Source: Methanobacteriota archaeon (GTDB taxonomy: Archaea > Thermoplasmatota > Thermoplasmata > SG8-5 > JAGLSY01). Taken from it: a DNA stretch of 64,000 nucleotides. Position 1 is the first letter of the stretch. Each line of letters opens with the position of its first letter. Positions 61,997 through 64,000 of the stretch are shown in pieces. The stretch lies in NCBI GenBank assembly GCA_020697715.1, contig JAEHCO010000004.1:51665-115664 (forward strand). The letters run 5' to 3'. The notes beneath the pieces are model-generated. The model saw only the letters and a program-made list of their open reading frames with translations, was not told where the DNA came from and searched no databases. A program made the translations under genes and the position numbers.

Positions 61997-62287
61997 TCAT
62001 CGGTCCTGGGGTGTTTCTACCTCTTCAACCAGCTTCTTTCCAGATGATACACTGTCAATAGAATGTACGACTGCACCGCAATCCTTTATGACTGAATTTA
62101 CCTGGTCGAAATCGATCTTTGGTCCATCAATAGTTATCTTAATGCTCTCGGTCTCCTGATCCACCTCATCAAGGGCGCAGTTAACACCTGCAATACCCTC
62201 GAGCGCGCTCAGGCGACGAGATACTTCTATTATCGACGGACTATGTGGTTTCAACACATCCAATACCAAACGTTTTATGTCTGACAA
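61997..62287 (-). CDS. DUF211-family protein
   Basis: [13 protein letters not shown]...HSID motif. Confidence 0.85.
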   Translation of the reverse strand: MSDIKRLVLDVLKPHSPSIIEVSRRLSALEGIAGVNCALDEVDQETESIKITIDGPKIDFDQVNSVIKDCGAVVHSIDSVSSGKKLVEEVETPQDR

Positions 62288-62444
62288 TACTATTCACTCC
62301 CGACACAATGGTCGATATTATTCAGATAGTGGAACTGGTATTTTAAGGTTTTGAAATAATAACAGAGTGACCAAGGGCGATATTTTGATCACATTATAAA
62401 AAATTAGGAATGTAAACTATATACCATCAGAGAGTGATGATGTA

Positions 62445-63452
62445 TTGATGAAAGAAGATCACAAGCATGATCATGGAGATGACGATCCAAATAACCATGA
62501 CCATTCTGAGAGTCATGGTCATTCCCACAGTCATAACCACAACCATGGAATTGGTGGTAGTGGCAATATTGAGAAAGGGCTGAAGTTCGCAATAGTCCTG
62601 ACCTTCGTTTTCTTCGTGGTCGAGATAATTGGCGGATTCATGTCCAGTTCTCTTTCATTGCTTGGAGATGCTGGGCACATGCTTCGCGATGTTTTCGCGC
62701 TAATGCTTTCCCTGGGCGCAGTGGGACTCGCCAGAAAGCTCCCGTCCAAAACAAAGACCTTTGGCTATCACAGAATAGAGGTCTTCGCGGCCTTTATCAA
62801 TGGTATATTTCTGATAATCATCAGCTTCTGGATATTCATCGAGGCCTTTCAGAGATACTTCGACCCAGAGCCCATCGAGAGCGGGATAATGTTCATTGTC
62901 GCCGTTATTGGGCTTATCGTCAATATCATCATCGCCTTCAGCCTACATGGCAGTGATGACCTGAATGTCAGAAGTGCTTTCATTCATGTTCTGACCGATC
63001 TTATTTCTTCAGTAGGCGTGATAATCGCCTCGGTCTGGATATACTTCACTGGCCAGACCATCGTGGACCCCATAGTGGGGTTTGCCATAGCGATCTTCAT
63101 CCTGGTATCCTCGATAAAGATAATTCGCGAATCCGTTCATATTCTACTGGAATTCACACCACCTGGTATTGATTTCGATGATGTCGTGAAGGACATCCAG
63201 TCCGTCAAAGGAGTTGAGGATGTGAACAATGTTCATTTGTGGAGCCTGTGTTCGCATATCAATGTCGTGGACGCGCATGTTCTGACCAATGCCAGTGATC
63301 TGCATGAGGTGGAGCAGATCAGTAAAGACATCAAGGCTAAACTTCAAAAATACAATGTCAAGCACGCGACCCTGGAATTCGAATGCGAGGCATGCGATGA
63401 ATGCCAGAATGGCTGTGTCATCGATAGTAAAGTAAAGGTAATGGAACATTAA
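62445..63452 (+). CDS. CzcD-like cation diffusion facilitator with His-rich N-terminus
   Basis: SLSLLGDAGHM, TFGYHR.E, HVLTD and HLWSL motifs; HDHSESHGHSHSHNHNH. Confidence 0.93.
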   Translation: MMKEDHKHDHGDDDPNNHDHSESHGHSHSHNHNHGIGGSGNIEKGLKFAIVLTFVFFVVEIIGGFMSSSLSLLGDAGHMLRDVFALMLSLGAVGLARKLPSKTKTFGYHRIEVFAAFINGIFLIIISFWIFIEAFQRYFDPEPIESGIMFIVAVIGLIVNIIIAFSLHGSDDLNVRSAFIHVLTDLISSVGVIIASVWIYFTGQTIVDPIVGFAIAIFILVSSIKIIRESVHILLEFTPPGIDFDDVVKDIQSVKGVEDVNNVHLWSLCSHINVVDAHVLTNASDLHEVEQISKDIKAKLQKYNVKHATLEFECEACDECQNGCVIDSKVKVMEH

Positions 63453-63458
63453 GGTTCG

Positions 63459-63968
63459 ATGACAGAAAAGATTATCAGACCATATCAGCCCGATGATCTG
63501 CTAGCATGCAGGGAATTATGGGTGGTACTCACCCAAAAGCATCGCGACATCTATGACGACCAGACCATTGGAGGAGACGATCCAGGCAATTATTTTGACG
63601 AGCACCTAAAGGAAGCCGGAGCGGAGAATATCTGGCTATGCGAGGTCGATGGCTTGGCAGTAGGCATGACAAGCCTTATCAAGACACCTTATGAAGGATG
63701 GGAGATCGAGCCAGTTGTGGTCAAGCCAGAGTATCGCGGCCAGGGGATCGGAAGAAAGCTCATAGAGTATGTCATCGATGAGGCAAGAAGCAGAGGTCTC
63801 AAATCATTATCTATAAGGCCAGTGTTCAGGAACAAGGAGGCCATTGCCACATTCCACAAGATAGGTTTTGATAAGATCGGAGCCATCGAGCTCTTCATGG
63901 AATTGGGTGAAAAGCCAGGGAACTGGAAGCCTGGCGCAAAGATACATGACCTAGATCTAGAGTATTGA
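63459..63968 (+). CDS. GNAT family N-acetyltransferase
   Basis: VVKPEYRGQGIGRKLI motif A. Confidence 0.9.
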   Translation: MTEKIIRPYQPDDLLACRELWVVLTQKHRDIYDDQTIGGDDPGNYFDEHLKEAGAENIWLCEVDGLAVGMTSLIKTPYEGWEIEPVVVKPEYRGQGIGRKLIEYVIDEARSRGLKSLSIRPVFRNKEAIATFHKIGFDKIGAIELFMELGEKPGNWKPGAKIHDLDLEY

Positions 63969-64000
63969 GCATATTTTTATATCCAAAATACCTTGACCAT

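Noticed and set aside
62445-62560. His-rich low-complexity repeat as a separate element
   Set aside because: It is an ordinary metal-binding N-terminal tail of CzcD-type transporters.

Overview
Archaeal chromosomal segment, most likely an anaerobic fermentative Thermoplasmatota. Archaeal origin rests on FEN1 with a PIP box, aIF5B, rpS8e, SRP19 and GGAGG(TG) ribosome-binding sites; the lineage is an inference. The left 15 kb holds two related hydrogenase operons on the minus strand. One is a conventional group 3b [NiFe] sulfhydrogenase with a fused beta-gamma subunit, headed by a KaiC/RAD55-like ATPase. The other is a hybrid [NiFe]/[FeFe]-like operon in which the NiFe small subunit and an FeFe HydA appear reciprocally domain-swapped across two genes, with a degenerate H-cluster site and a NuoF-GltD fusion. 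Each operon faces a divergently transcribed, internally duplicated Lrp-like regulator. An AT-rich island at about 15.7-19.2 kb carries an HD-CE/P-loop ATPase candidate defence gene and three tandem copies of a structured non-coding element with covarying stems and a possible pseudoknot. A fourth copy lies 34 kb away, between direct repeats of the last 21 bp of infB. The FEN1 3' end (PIP box) is also triplicated. The rest is housekeeping and accessory genes: hypF, CoADR-rhodanese, thl-hbd-crt, fhs, gcvH, metal transporters, surface proteins, a STAND-TPR ATPase with an inserted roadblock/longin-like domain, and Cys-rich microproteins. No rRNA, tRNA, CRISPR array, integrase or transposase was recognised. 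All calls come from motif reading only; no searches were run.
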